NCBI GenBank assembly: GCA_963692865.2
Contig: OY843592.1
Coordinates: forward strand, 2,016,001-2,080,000
Direction of reading: 5' to 3'
DNA: 64,000 nt
From: a bacterium
GTDB taxonomy: Bacteria; UBA8248
In this document: piece by piece, positions 1-9,788 of the stretch
How the letters are laid out: the number at the start of each line of letters is the position of its first letter
How positions within the stretch are numbered: the stretch's first letter is position 1
Program-made: the position numbers and the translations under genes
Notes under the pieces: model-generated
Database searches by the model: none
The model's input: the letters and a program-made list of their open reading frames with translations, nothing else
What the model was told of the DNA's origin: nothing

Positions 1-1
1 G

Positions 2-1276
2 TGGATCGAGGAGAAGTTCGGGAAACGCCCCGAGTTCGTGCAAGCCAACACGCGCGCGCTGGAGGCGGGCTATTTCTTCGGCGAGAACACCGAGGTCTTC
101 ACCAGCAACTACATCGTGCGCGAGGCGACGTATCCGGCCGGCAGGTACAGGAACATCTCGGGCAACGTCGCTCTGGCCTACGGCTTCATCGCGGCGACGA
201 AGAAGATGGGGATCAACCTCTTCTGGGGCGCCTATCCGATTACGCCCGCCAGCGACGTCCTCCACGAACTCTCCCGCCACAAGAATTTCGGCGTGCAGAC
301 CTTCCAGGCGGAAGACGAAATAGCGGCCGTCTCCGCGGCCCTCGGCGCCTCGTTCACGGGCTCGCTGGGCGTGACGTGCTCCAGCGGCCCCGGCATCGCC
401 TTGAAGGCGGAAGCCATGGGCCTGGGCGTGATGACGGAGCTTCCCATGGTCATCGCCGACATCCAGCGCGGCGGCCCGAGCACGGGGCTTCCCACGAAGA
501 CCGAGCAGGCCGACCTGCTTCAAGTCATGTTCGGTCGCAACAGCGAAAGCCCGCTGCCGATCGTGGCGGCGGCCACGCCGGGGGATTGCTTCTGGACGGC
601 GATAGAGGCGTGCCGCCTGGCGGTGAAATACATGACGCCCGTGGTGGTCCTGAGCGACGGCTATCTGGCCAACGGCTCGGAACCCTGGCTTCTGCCCAAG
701 GCGGAGGATATTCCCGAGATGCCGGTGACCTTCCGCACGGAGCCGGAAGGGTTCCTGCCCTATCTTCGCGACCCCGAAACGCTGGCGCGCCCATGGGCGA
801 TTCCCGGAACGCCAGGGCTGGAGCACAGGATCGGCGGCATCGAGAAGGAAGACAGAACCGGCAACGTCAACTACGAGCCCGAGAACCACGAGTTCATGGT
901 GCGCACGCGCGATGAGAAGATCGCGGGCATCGCGAAGGACATCCCGCCCGCCGAGGTTATCGGCGAGGCGAGCGGCAAGGTTCTCGTCATCGGCTGGGGT
1001 GGCACCTTCGGCGCCATCACGGCGGCGATAGAGGCCCTGCAGGCCCGGGGCGCCTCCGTATCCCAGGTTCACCTCCGCCATCTCAACCCCTTCCCGGCGA
1101 ACCTCGAAGAAGTGCTCGGCAATTTCGAAACGATTCTCGTCCCCGAATTGAACCTGGGACAGCTCTCCAAGATGCTGCGCTACCGGTATCTGATCGATAC
1201 GGTCAGCTTCAACAAGATTCAGGGAAAGCCCTTCAAGGTCGGCGAACTGATTACCAAGATTGAGGAGTTACTCTAA
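2..1276 (+). CDS. korA: 2-oxoacid:ferredoxin oxidoreductase alpha subunit (5' partial, frame open to window edge)
   Basis: GAYPITPASD, QAEDEIAA, SSGPG and QRGGPSTGLPTKTEQAD motifs; frame continues upstream of the GTG at 38 (WIEEKFGKRPEF). Confidence 0.93.
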   Translation, partial: WIEEKFGKRPEFVQANTRALEAGYFFGENTEVFTSNYIVREATYPAGRYRNISGNVALAYGFIAATKKMGINLFWGAYPITPASDVLHELSRHKNFGVQTFQAEDEIAAVSAALGASFTGSLGVTCSSGPGIALKAEAMGLGVMTELPMVIADIQRGGPSTGLPTKTEQADLLQVMFGRNSESPLPIVAAATPGDCFWTAIEACRLAVKYMTPVVVLSDGYLANGSEPWLLPKAEDIPEMPVTFRTEPEGFLPYLRDPETLARPWAIPGTPGLEHRIGGIEKEDRTGNVNYEPENHEFMVRTRDEKIAGIAKDIPPAEVIGEASGKVLVIGWGGTFGAITAAIEALQARGASVSQVHLRHLNPFPANLEEVLGNFETILVPELNLGQLSKMLRYRYLIDTVSFNKIQGKPFKVGELITKIEELL

Positions 1277-2299
1277 ATGTCCACGACGACAGCCAAGAAC
1301 GGCGGGGGGCTGGGCCTCACCCGCAAGGATTTTCAGTCCGACCAGGTCGTGCGCTGGTGCCCGGGTTGCGGTGACTACGCGATTCTGGCCCAGATGCAGA
1401 AGGTGCTGCCGACGCTCGAGATTCCGCGCGAGAAGTTCGTGTTCATCTCCGGCATCGGTTGCGCCGCGCGCTTTCCCTACTACATGGACACGTTCGGCTT
1501 CCATACCATTCACGGGCGAGCGCCCGCGTTCGCCACGGGCGTGAAGGTGAGCAATCCGGATCTTTCCGTCTGGGTCATCAGCGGCGACGGCGACGCGCTG
1601 AGCATCGGCGGCAACCACTTGATCCACGCCATGCGCCGCAACGTGGGCGTGAAAATCGTCCTTTTCAACAACCGCGTGTACGGCCTGACGAAAGGCCAGT
1701 ACTCGCCCACCTCGCTTCTGGGCTCACGCACGAAGTCCACGCCCATCGGCTCGGTGGACTATCCGCTCCACCCGCTGACGCTGGCCCTGGGGGCGGAGTG
1801 CAGCTTCGTCGGCCGCACGACGGACAGGGACCAGAGGCACATGGCCTCGATGTTCGAGGAGATGGCGAACCACGAGGGAACGTCGATGCTCGAAGTGCTG
1901 CAGAACTGCATCGTGTTCAACGACGGCGCGTGGCACAAGTTCACCGAAAAGGGCCTCAAGGAACAGAACGTGATGTATCTCGAAGACGGCCGGCCCCTCG
2001 TCTACGGCCCGGAGGATGACCGCAAGGGCATTTCCCTCGAGGATTACAAGGTCCGCGTCGTCGAGGCCGACTCTCCCGACGTCACCGTCCACCGCGTGAA
2101 TGACGAGTCGGGCGGCTACGCCCACATCCTGAGCCGGGTAGAACTCGAAGGCGGCCCCGTGCCGCTGGGCGTGCTGAGAAAGGTGGAGCGTCCGCCGTTC
2201 GAGGGATTGATGGTCGATCAGGTCGCCGCGGCCCAGGTGAAAGGCGAGGGCGATATCGACGCGCTGCTCAACTCGGGAGACACCTGGGAGCACCACTAG
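1277..2299 (+). CDS. korB: 2-oxoacid:ferredoxin oxidoreductase beta subunit
   Basis: WCPGCGDY, SGIGC and GDGD...NN TPP-binding motif; abuts the alpha gene. Confidence 0.93.
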   Translation: MSTTTAKNGGGLGLTRKDFQSDQVVRWCPGCGDYAILAQMQKVLPTLEIPREKFVFISGIGCAARFPYYMDTFGFHTIHGRAPAFATGVKVSNPDLSVWVISGDGDALSIGGNHLIHAMRRNVGVKIVLFNNRVYGLTKGQYSPTSLLGSRTKSTPIGSVDYPLHPLTLALGAECSFVGRTTDRDQRHMASMFEEMANHEGTSMLEVLQNCIVFNDGAWHKFTEKGLKEQNVMYLEDGRPLVYGPEDDRKGISLEDYKVRVVEADSPDVTVHRVNDESGGYAHILSRVELEGGPVPLGVLRKVERPPFEGLMVDQVAAAQVKGEGDIDALLNSGDTWEHH

Positions 2300-2316
2300 T
2301 TTTCGTCGCCTCCAAG

Positions 2317-2347
2317 GGCCGCCGGCCTCCTTTCCGGCGGCCTTTTT
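2317..2347 (+). terminator. Rho-independent terminator
   Basis: GGCCGCCGG / 8 nt loop / CCGGCGGCC followed by TTTTT, just after the korB stop. Confidence 0.8.
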
Positions 2348-2371
2348 CACGCCTCCGGGCGTCCGGAACCC

Positions 2372-3241
2372 ATGTCCAAGACCTTCACCCTCCTACTCGT
2401 TCACGCGCACCCCGACGATGAGTGCAGCAGCACGGGCGGCCTGATTCTCAGGAGCGCGCGCGAAGGCCACCGCGTCGTGCTCGTCACCTGCACCAACGGC
2501 GAGATGGGCAAGATGGAGCATTTGGACGGGAACCTCGACCCCGACTCGGAGGCGGACCAGAGCAGGCTCGGGGAGATCAGGCTGGAAGAACTCGCGCTGG
2601 CGGCCCGGATTTTGCGGATTTCCGAAGTCCACACCCTGGGCTATCGCGACTCGGGCATGGACGGCTGGGAGGGCAACGGGCACCCCGAGGCGTTCAGGAA
2701 CGCCGATGAGGAAGAAGTCGTCGGCAAGCTGGTGGACCATATCCGCCGCTGTCGCCCCGACGTGGTCGTCACCTACAACGAGCAGGGCGGATACGGCCAC
2801 CCCGATCACTTGAAGGCGAACAAGGTCACCACCGAGGCGATAGAAGCGGCCGCGGACCCCGCCCGATTCCCCGGCAGCGGGGAGGAGGCCTGGCGCGTGC
2901 TCAAGTTCTACCACACGGCGTGGTCGCGCTCGAAGATGCTGCGCGCCTGGCGGTGGATGAAGTTGTTCGGGCAGAAAACGCCGCTCGACGATCCCGACTT
3001 CCGTGAGGACAAGTACGGGACCCCGGATGAGCTCATCACCACCCGCGTGAACATCCGCAGATATTTGCGCCGCAAATGGCGCGCCCTCACCGCGCACAGG
3101 AGCCAGATCAACGGGAATTTCTTCTGGTGGTTCGTCCGTATGACGGGGCGCTGGCTCTACAACGAGGAGACCTTCGTTTGCGCCCAATCGCAGGTAGCGG
3201 TGCGAGAGGGCGAAAGGTCGGTGTTCGAGGGCCTATCCTGA
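2372..3241 (+). CDS. PIG-L/LmbE family deacetylase (MshB/Mca-like)
   Basis: HAHPDDE, VTCTNGEMG, GYRDSGM, GGYGHPDH and AHRSQ motifs. Confidence 0.88.
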   Translation: MSKTFTLLLVHAHPDDECSSTGGLILRSAREGHRVVLVTCTNGEMGKMEHLDGNLDPDSEADQSRLGEIRLEELALAARILRISEVHTLGYRDSGMDGWEGNGHPEAFRNADEEEVVGKLVDHIRRCRPDVVVTYNEQGGYGHPDHLKANKVTTEAIEAAADPARFPGSGEEAWRVLKFYHTAWSRSKMLRAWRWMKLFGQKTPLDDPDFREDKYGTPDELITTRVNIRRYLRRKWRALTAHRSQINGNFFWWFVRMTGRWLYNEETFVCAQSQVAVREGERSVFEGLS

Positions 3242-3250
3242 GCCGCCTGA

Positions 3251-3558
3251 GGGTTGTTGAAAAAGTCCTGAATTTGTGAGTCGGAATATGGAACCGACCG
3301 GGGGGTGTAGCGGACAGGCCCCTGCGCCTGTCCGAGGTCGCGACCTGTCCCTACGAGGTGGTGTGGTTTTGTTCGTCATTCCGGCGCATGCCGGAATCCA
3401 GGGACTTTGCCTTTGTTTTTTGTTTCTTTTGTATTCCCGCCAATGAGTGAGGGATGAAAAACCGAAGCGCCGCCATTCTCCTCGGCTCTGGATTCCGGCA
3501 TGCGCCGGAATGACGGCGGTGGCCAATTGCGAGCGAGGAGGGCTTTCTCAACAACCCC
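3251..3558. repeat. Mosaic repeat cassette (IS-like ends, GTAG-type REP, inverted GTCATTCCGGC...GCCGGAATCC pair)
   Basis: GGGTTGTTGAAAAAG left end, CTTTCTCAACAACCCC right end, internal palindromes recur across the window. Confidence 0.85.
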
Positions 3559-3946
3559 CGCCTGAAAAGGGTTTGCTGACCTCGATCAGAAACCCGTTCG
3601 GGTCCTTCAGCATGAACATGCGCACGCCCCAGGGAGCGTCACGGGGCGGGAAGATAACCTCTGCTCCCTTTGCGATGAGCGCGTCATGGGCGCGGTCCAC
3701 GTCCTCGGGCGTGAGCGTGACGACCACCCCCGAGCCCCTGGGCTCCCGGATGGGTTCGAGATTCCACTTGCGCATCTCCTCATCCGAAATCGGCGCGTGG
3801 ATGACGAGCGAGGTTCCCCCCAGGTCATAGCGCACGTGGTCTTTCGTCCGGCTCGCTTCTTTCAGCCCCAGTGTTTCGGTATAAAAACGACAAGACGCCT
3901 CGTAATCCTTTACGATGAGGAAAACGGCGGGCAGCGATTCGAACAA
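3548..3946 (-). CDS. VOC/glyoxalase family protein
   Basis: FYTETLGL...DAPWGVRMFMLKDPNGFLIEV; TTG start at 3946 preceded by AAGGAG (the 329 aa ORF call is over-extended). Confidence 0.85.
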   Translation of the reverse strand: MFESLPAVFLIVKDYEASCRFYTETLGLKEASRTKDHVRYDLGGTSLVIHAPISDEEMRKWNLEPIREPRGSGVVVTLTPEDVDRAHDALIAKGAEVIFPPRDAPWGVRMFMLKDPNGFLIEVSKPFSGGGC

Positions 3947-3991
3947 GTGAAGGCTCCTTGATGTTCTGATGCGCCGGTTTGGAGAGACGGT

Positions 3992-4675
3992 ATGACCCAT
4001 CCCCTGGTCGAACTGAAAGAGGTATCCAAAACCTACATCGCGGGCGACGTGCGCATCCACGCGCTCAGGGACGTCAGCTTCCGGGCGGAACAGGGCGAGT
4101 TTATCACGGTTTCGGGCCCGAGCGGGTCGGGCAAGAGCACGTTTTTGCATCTGATGGGCGCGGTCGATGCGCCCACCAGCGGCGAGGTGTTTCTGGGCGG
4201 CCGCGAAATATCGCGCCTGAGCGATGAGGGCTTGAGCGAAATCCGCCGGAAAGAGGTGGGTTTCATCCATCAGTTCTTTCATCTCATGCCGACGATGACC
4301 GCTTACGAAAACGTCGCCCTGCCTCTCATGCTTCAAGCCCGGAAACGAGCCGATGTCGTAGAAATGGCCGAAAACGCCCTGGGGCGCGTGGGGCTTGCGA
4401 ACCGGACGCGCAGCTTCCCGAGGCAGCTTTCGGGCGGCGAGATGCAGCGCGTGGCCGTTGCGCGCGCCATCATCCACAAGCCCCGCCTCATCCTCGCCGA
4501 TGAGCCGACGGGAAATCTCGATTCCGAGAACTCGCAAAACGTCCTGGAACTCGTCTCAGAACTCCACGAGGAAGACGGTTTCACGATCATCATGGCGACG
4601 CACGACCAGATGCCCTTGCGCTACGCCACGCGGCGGGTCGGGATTACCGACGGCCGCCTGGAGGAGGGGTGTTGA
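3992..4675 (+). CDS. ABC transporter ATP-binding protein (LolD/MacB-type)
   Basis: Walker A GPSGSGKST, LSGGEMQRVA, ILADEPTGNLD. Confidence 0.93.
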   Translation: MTHPLVELKEVSKTYIAGDVRIHALRDVSFRAEQGEFITVSGPSGSGKSTFLHLMGAVDAPTSGEVFLGGREISRLSDEGLSEIRRKEVGFIHQFFHLMPTMTAYENVALPLMLQARKRADVVEMAENALGRVGLANRTRSFPRQLSGGEMQRVAVARAIIHKPRLILADEPTGNLDSENSQNVLELVSELHEEDGFTIIMATHDQMPLRYATRRVGITDGRLEEGC

Positions 4676-5085
4676 AAAAGACCTGGGGGGTCGGTCGAGA
4701 TTTTGTAGGTGGCGGCCCCTCCTCGGGGCCGCCCCACACATATATGCGGCCCTCTCCGTCCAGCATGCGGGTCGCATGTATGCGACCCCTACACTTGCGC
4801 TGCAGACGGGGTCGCCTACGCGTAGTCGGACACCATACCGACCTCACCCTGAGTAGCCGCCGGAGGCGGCGTATCGAAGGGCGAGAGGGCATCCTTCGAT
4901 ACGCGGCTTCGCCGCTACTCAGGATGAGGCGGAGAGGGTTTTTTCAACGACTCCATATATGCGACCCGACCGGTTTGCGGCATGTGGACCGCATATATGT
5001 CAGACATATTCTGACCTACACACCCTTCGGCGAAGCGATACCGCGTCGCCGTTATACCGGCATCGCAGGGCTTTCCAACAACACC
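4666..5085. repeat. Mosaic repeat cassette inside ABC operon
   Basis: GGGGTGTTGAAAAAG left end; right ends at 4936-4954 and 5068-5085; CATATATG REP modules and CCCTGAGTAG...CTACTCAGGATGAGG module. Confidence 0.85.
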
Positions 5086-5100
5086 GGAAGAGGCTGACTG

Positions 5101-7695
5101 ATGGGTGTCACTTTTTCCCTCCTGCGCCTTATCGCCTGGCGGCGTTTGAAGGAAGAGCCGTTTCGCCTGTTGCTCACACTGGTGGGCGTGGCGCTCGGCG
5201 TCGCCGTGTTCATCGCCGTCAAGATGGCGAACGAGACGTCCACCCGGGCGTTCGAGAACAGCCTGGCCGCCATTTCGGGAAAGACGCAGCTCGAAGTCTC
5301 CGCGGGCGGACTCGGCGTGGATGAGGATTTGATTCTTCGTCTTCGAGAGACGAAGGGTGTGAGGCGGGCGACGCCCGTCATGCAGCAGCACGTCTGGGTG
5401 CGGAAGGCGGATGGCACAGGCTCCAGGTGGCGGCGCGGCGCCGCATCGCAAGGAAGCGCCGTCCTGACCCTGGGGCTCGACCTGCTGGGAGATAGCGATT
5501 TCAGGGGCTATAAGTTCGAAAATAAGTATTCACGCGAGGAAATTCTCTCGCGCATCGCCGACCCCGAGGGCCTGTTCGTCGCCCGGGGGGTGGCGGATGC
5601 GCTGGGCGTCGGGGCAGGCGATTTCGTGGAGGTCGAGGCCGCGCGGAGAATGCGCTTTCGCGTCCGGGGCGTCCTGAAGCCGGAGGGCATGGCGAAGTCG
5701 ATGGACGGCCGCCTCATCGTCATGGACATCGGCGTCGCGCAGGAGGTATTCGAGCGCTTCGGGCGTCTGGACAGAATCGACCTGATTCTCGAAGATGGAG
5801 AAGAAATCGAATCGTTCCGCGAAAGGATACAAAGCATCCTGCCCCCCGGCGCGGTGATTGATAGGCCCGCGCGGCGCGGACGCGACGTGGAGAAGATGCT
5901 GGCGTCGTTCCAGCTCAATCTCGCGGTGCTGAGCGTCATCGCGCTCCTGGTGGGCTGTTTTCTGATCTACAACACGATGTCGGCATCCGTATTGCGGCGC
6001 AGGGGCGAAATCGCCACCCTGCGCTCGCTGGGCATGACGTCGCGGGGAATCGTCTTCCTCTACGGGGCGGAGGCGCTTTGCATCGGCCTGGCGGGCTCGT
6101 GCCTGGGCGTCGCGATGGGCGTGTTCATGGCCCAGGGCGCGCTCTCGTTCATCTCCCAGACGATCAGGAACCTCTACGCATTTCTGGAGGTGCGCCACGT
6201 TCTCTTCGGCCCGAGTGAGTTTCTTTTGGGATTCGGCGTTGGGCTGGGCGTTTCTCTCGTTTCAGGGATATTTCCGGCAATCGTCGCCTCGCGGCAGAGT
6301 CCCCGCCAGGGCGTCGTGGATAGGCAGGGAAAAGTGGAGGTGCGGCCTGCGGCCGTCGCCGCGTTCGCCGCAAGCGCCTTAATCGCCGCCTTGATCGCCT
6401 ACTGGCTGAACTTGCGCGCCCTGGCGGGGGGAACGCCCTGGCCCGGCTATCTATCGGCGGCTGCGGTCATCCTCGCCACCGCGCTTATCAGCATGCCGGT
6501 CGTCTTGTGCGGCTCGGCCCTCGTCCGGAAGACCCTGGGCGGCGCCTTGAACGCCTGGCTCGCCGCGCACGGTCTGGGCAGGCACCCGCACCGGAACGCG
6601 GTCACGCTCTCCTCGCTGGCGATCGCCGTGGCCATGCTGGTGAGCCTCATCGTCATGATCGAGAGCTTCCGCGCCACGGTGGAAATCTGGACGCAGCAGA
6701 CGCTCAAGGCGGATTTCTACGCCGCGCCCGCGTCGCGCTTCATCAGGGGATCGAACGCGAGCATTTCGGAAGACGCCATCAAGACCATCGGCGGCGTTTC
6801 GGGCGTCGCGGCGGTCGATGGCTTCAGGGCCATACGCCTGCCCTGGCGCGGGGAGCGCATCACCCTGGCGGGAGGGGATTTCCGCATCGTGGCCGAAAGG
6901 GGCCGCCTGCTGTTCCTGGAAGGCGATTCGAAAGAGACGCTCACGAGGGCGAGGACGCGAGGCGAGGCGGTCGTTACGGAGACGTTCTCGAACCTCTACG
7001 GCGTGAAGAAAGGAGACCTCCTCCGCCTCCCGGCGCCGGGGGGCGAGGTCTCGCTGCGCGTTGCGGGCGTGTACTACGACTACACCACGGACGGAGGTTT
7101 CGTCGTCGTGGACCGCGCGTTCCTGAAAAAACATTGGAGGGACGACCGCCTGAGCTCCCTGGCGATGTATCTCACCGAAGATGCGCGGCCTGAGGACGTG
7201 CGCAAATCGCTCGAAAACGTCCTCGACCCCACCATGGTGCTGATCTCGAACGCCGGTCTCAAAAAGCGCGTGTCGAGCATCTTCGATCAGACGTTCGCCA
7301 TCACCTATGCGCTGGAGTTCATCGCCGTCCTGGTGGCTCTGCTCGGCGTGGCGACGGGCCTGAGTTCCAACATTTTAGAGCGCGTGCATGAAATCGGCGC
7401 GCTGCGCGCCATGGGCCTGAACCGCAGGGGAATCGTATCCGCCATCATGGGGGAGGCCGCCATTCTGGGCGCGCTCTCCGTGCTCGCCGGTCTCGCGTCC
7501 GGCGTTTGCCTGGCGGCCATCCTGATTTTCGTCGTCAACAAGCTGAGTTTCGGCTGGACGATCCAGTATATCTTCGCCTGGAAGGCGATGGCGGCGTATC
7601 TGCTCGTGGTGGTTCTCGCCTCGCTGGCGGCGAGCTGGCTCCCCGCGAGAGCCGCGGCGAGAATCCCGGTTCGGGAGGCGTTGAGCGAAGAATGA
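5101..7695 (+). CDS. ABC transporter permease, FtsX/MacB-like duplicated architecture
   Basis: Two TM+periplasmic repeats with EIATLRSLG / EIGALRAMG motifs. Confidence 0.9.
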   Translation: MGVTFSLLRLIAWRRLKEEPFRLLLTLVGVALGVAVFIAVKMANETSTRAFENSLAAISGKTQLEVSAGGLGVDEDLILRLRETKGVRRATPVMQQHVWVRKADGTGSRWRRGAASQGSAVLTLGLDLLGDSDFRGYKFENKYSREEILSRIADPEGLFVARGVADALGVGAGDFVEVEAARRMRFRVRGVLKPEGMAKSMDGRLIVMDIGVAQEVFERFGRLDRIDLILEDGEEIESFRERIQSILPPGAVIDRPARRGRDVEKMLASFQLNLAVLSVIALLVGCFLIYNTMSASVLRRRGEIATLRSLGMTSRGIVFLYGAEALCIGLAGSCLGVAMGVFMAQGALSFISQTIRNLYAFLEVRHVLFGPSEFLLGFGVGLGVSLVSGIFPAIVASRQSPRQGVVDRQGKVEVRPAAVAAFAASALIAALIAYWLNLRALAGGTPWPGYLSAAAVILATALISMPVVLCGSALVRKTLGGALNAWLAAHGLGRHPHRNAVTLSSLAIAVAMLVSLIVMIESFRATVEIWTQQTLKADFYAAPASRFIRGSNASISEDAIKTIGGVSGVAAVDGFRAIRLPWRGERITLAGGDFRIVAERGRLLFLEGDSKETLTRARTRGEAVVTETFSNLYGVKKGDLLRLPAPGGEVSLRVAGVYYDYTTDGGFVVVDRAFLKKHWRDDRLSSLAMYLTEDARPEDVRKSLENVLDPTMVLISNAGLKKRVSSIFDQTFAITYALEFIAVLVALLGVATGLSSNILERVHEIGALRAMGLNRRGIVSAIMGEAAILGALSVLAGLASGVCLAAILIFVVNKLSFGWTIQYIFAWKAMAAYLLVVVLASLAASWLPARAAARIPVREALSEE

Positions 7696-8804
7696 AAAAA
7701 CTTATTCCATATCTTCTGGCCGCCGTCTTCATCCTGGGCGCAGCGCCCGCGCATCCTGCGAACTGGCGGCAGGCGCTGCCCGGCTATCGCTACCAGTTTC
7801 CCCGCGACAACGGCGCGCACGAGGCGTTCCGCACGGAGTGGTGGTATTTCTCGGGCAACCTGCAGGATTCGCAAGGCGGGAAGTACCCGTTCATGCTCAC
7901 GTTCTTCCGGGCGGGGCTTCGTCCCGGAGAGCCGCCGAAATCGAAGAGCCGCTGGGCGCTCAGGAATCTCTATTTCGGGCACTTCTCGGTCCTGGACGCG
8001 AAGCGCAAGAAGCACCGGTTTTCGGAGCGAATCAGCCGGGGCGAACTCGAACAGGCGGGCGCGTCGGAGGCGGGCCTCAAGGTCTGGCTGCGCGACTGGC
8101 GCGCCGAAAGCGCGGGCGGAGAAGGCTCATTCTCGATCCGCATCGGCGCGGCGGCGCCCGGGATGAAACTGCGCCTCGATCTGAAGCCCGCGAAACCCCT
8201 CGTCATTCACGGCGAGAACGGGGTGAGCCGGAAGGCGCCCGGTCCCGGACGCGCGTCCCATTATTATTCGTACACGCGGCTTCTCGCGTCGGGCGCTCTC
8301 GAAATCGAGGGGAGAAGACTCGACGTGCGCGGAACGGCCTGGATGGACCATGAGTTCGGCTCGAACCAGTTGACGAAGGACCAGGTGGGGTGGGACTGGC
8401 TGAGCCTCCAGTTGTCCGACGGTCGGGATTTGATGTTGTATCTCATGAGGCGAAAAGACGGGAGCGTGGAGCCTACGAGCAGCGGCACGCTGGTGGAGGC
8501 GGACGGCGGCGCGACGCACCTGCGCCTCGGGGATTTCAAGTTCAAGGGCGTGGATACCTGGAAGAGCGGGCGAAGCGGCGCCGTCTATCCCATGGGGTGG
8601 GAGGTCGAGGTGCCCGCCCACGGCCTCCGCTTGCGGGTGAAGCCGTATGCGCTCGCGCAGGAGATAGAATCGAAGGGCAGCACGGGCATCACCTATTGGG
8701 AAGGGGGCGTTTTCGCCGAAGGCGGTTCGGGCGAAAAAAAGCTCACGGGGGTGGGCTTTATCGAGATGACGGGGTACGCTTCCGAGGGACGACCCAAATT
8801 CTGA
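7692..8804 (+). CDS. Secreted lipocalin-like / AttH-CrtC family protein
   Basis: ATGA overlap with permease; signal peptide MKKLIPYLLAAVF; FPRDNGAH...EWWYFSGNL, WMDHEF, GWDW, YWEG, EMTGY. Confidence 0.85.
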   Translation: MKKLIPYLLAAVFILGAAPAHPANWRQALPGYRYQFPRDNGAHEAFRTEWWYFSGNLQDSQGGKYPFMLTFFRAGLRPGEPPKSKSRWALRNLYFGHFSVLDAKRKKHRFSERISRGELEQAGASEAGLKVWLRDWRAESAGGEGSFSIRIGAAAPGMKLRLDLKPAKPLVIHGENGVSRKAPGPGRASHYYSYTRLLASGALEIEGRRLDVRGTAWMDHEFGSNQLTKDQVGWDWLSLQLSDGRDLMLYLMRRKDGSVEPTSSGTLVEADGGATHLRLGDFKFKGVDTWKSGRSGAVYPMGWEVEVPAHGLRLRVKPYALAQEIESKGSTGITYWEGGVFAEGGSGEKKLTGVGFIEMTGYASEGRPKF

Positions 8805-8853
8805 TTTTCATGCTCCTCTCGGGGGGACGGACTCTTATGTGTGGAGACGCGAG

Positions 8854-9750
8854 ATGGCGGAAAGCGCGAACATCGGAGTCGTAGGACTCGGCCTCATGGG
8901 AACGGCCATGAGCCGGAAACTGATCGAAGCGGGACACCGCGTACGGGGTTTCGACATCGACCGGAGCAGACTCGATGCGCTCGCAGAGAACGGAGGCGCG
9001 CCCACCGGCTCGGCGGCGGAGGCGGCGGAGGATGCGCAGTTCGTCATCATCTCCCTGCTCTACAGCCACGTCGTCCGCGAGAGCTGCCTGGGCGATGGGG
9101 GCATCGCGAGCGCGGCGCGAGACGGCCTCATCATCATCGACACCTCCACCTCCAGCCCCGATGAATCGGAAGGGCTCGGGGAAGACCTCCGCGAACAGGG
9201 AATCGGCTTTCTCGATGCGAGCCTGAGCGGTTCGCGCAATCAGGTGCTCGAGGGACAGATCGTCTCCGTCGTCGGGGGCGAGGAGAGCGATTTCGAGAAG
9301 GCAGAGCCGATACTCGCCACCTTCGCCCGCTCCATCCACCACATGGGGCCGAACGGCGCGGGCGCGCGGACGAAGCTCGTCATCAACCTCGTGCTGGGTC
9401 TGACGCGCCTGGCGCTCTCGGAGGGCCTCGTTCTGGGCATGAAGTCGGACCTGGAGATGGAGCGCCTGCTCGAAGTGCTCAAGGACAGCGCGGCCTACAG
9501 CAAGGCCATGGACCAGCGCGGCCCCCGGATGATCCACGCGGATTACGACAATCCCCTCTCGCGCATCAAGCAGCACCACAAGGACGTGCGGCTCATGCTG
9601 GAGCAGGGCCAGAAGCTCGGCTCCCCCATGCTGCTCAGTTCCGTGCACCAGCAGGTGCTCCAGGCCGCAGAGCACGGCGGCCTCGCCGATGCGGACACGT
9701 CGGCCATCATCGAGGTATTCAGGCGCATGGCGGGCATTCCCTCCCGCTAG
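8854..9750 (+). CDS. NAD(P)-dependent beta-hydroxyacid dehydrogenase (3-hydroxyisobutyrate dehydrogenase family)
   Basis: GLGLMG Rossmann motif, FLDASLSG, TKLVIN, HKDVRL. Confidence 0.88.
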   Translation: MAESANIGVVGLGLMGTAMSRKLIEAGHRVRGFDIDRSRLDALAENGGAPTGSAAEAAEDAQFVIISLLYSHVVRESCLGDGGIASAARDGLIIIDTSTSSPDESEGLGEDLREQGIGFLDASLSGSRNQVLEGQIVSVVGGEESDFEKAEPILATFARSIHHMGPNGAGARTKLVINLVLGLTRLALSEGLVLGMKSDLEMERLLEVLKDSAAYSKAMDQRGPRMIHADYDNPLSRIKQHHKDVRLMLEQGQKLGSPMLLSSVHQQVLQAAEHGGLADADTSAIIEVFRRMAGIPSR

Positions 9751-9788
9751 GCGCATGGTGTGCATCCCAAAGTGAAGGACCCGCAGAC

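Noticed and set aside
1-915. 304 aa ORF and many similar Arg/Gly/Pro-rich or antisense ORFs (e.g. 17281-19020, 42526-44628, 49068-51614, 56156-57721)
   Set aside because: Shadow frames of well-supported genes in high-GC DNA; no motifs
3233-3554. Short ORFs with recurring VIPAHAGIQ / WIPACAGMT / GQARGPVPT / SDIYV peptides (also ~14.8, 16.2, 26, 42 and 47 kb)
   Set aside because: Translations of palindromic DNA repeats in several frames, not a protein family
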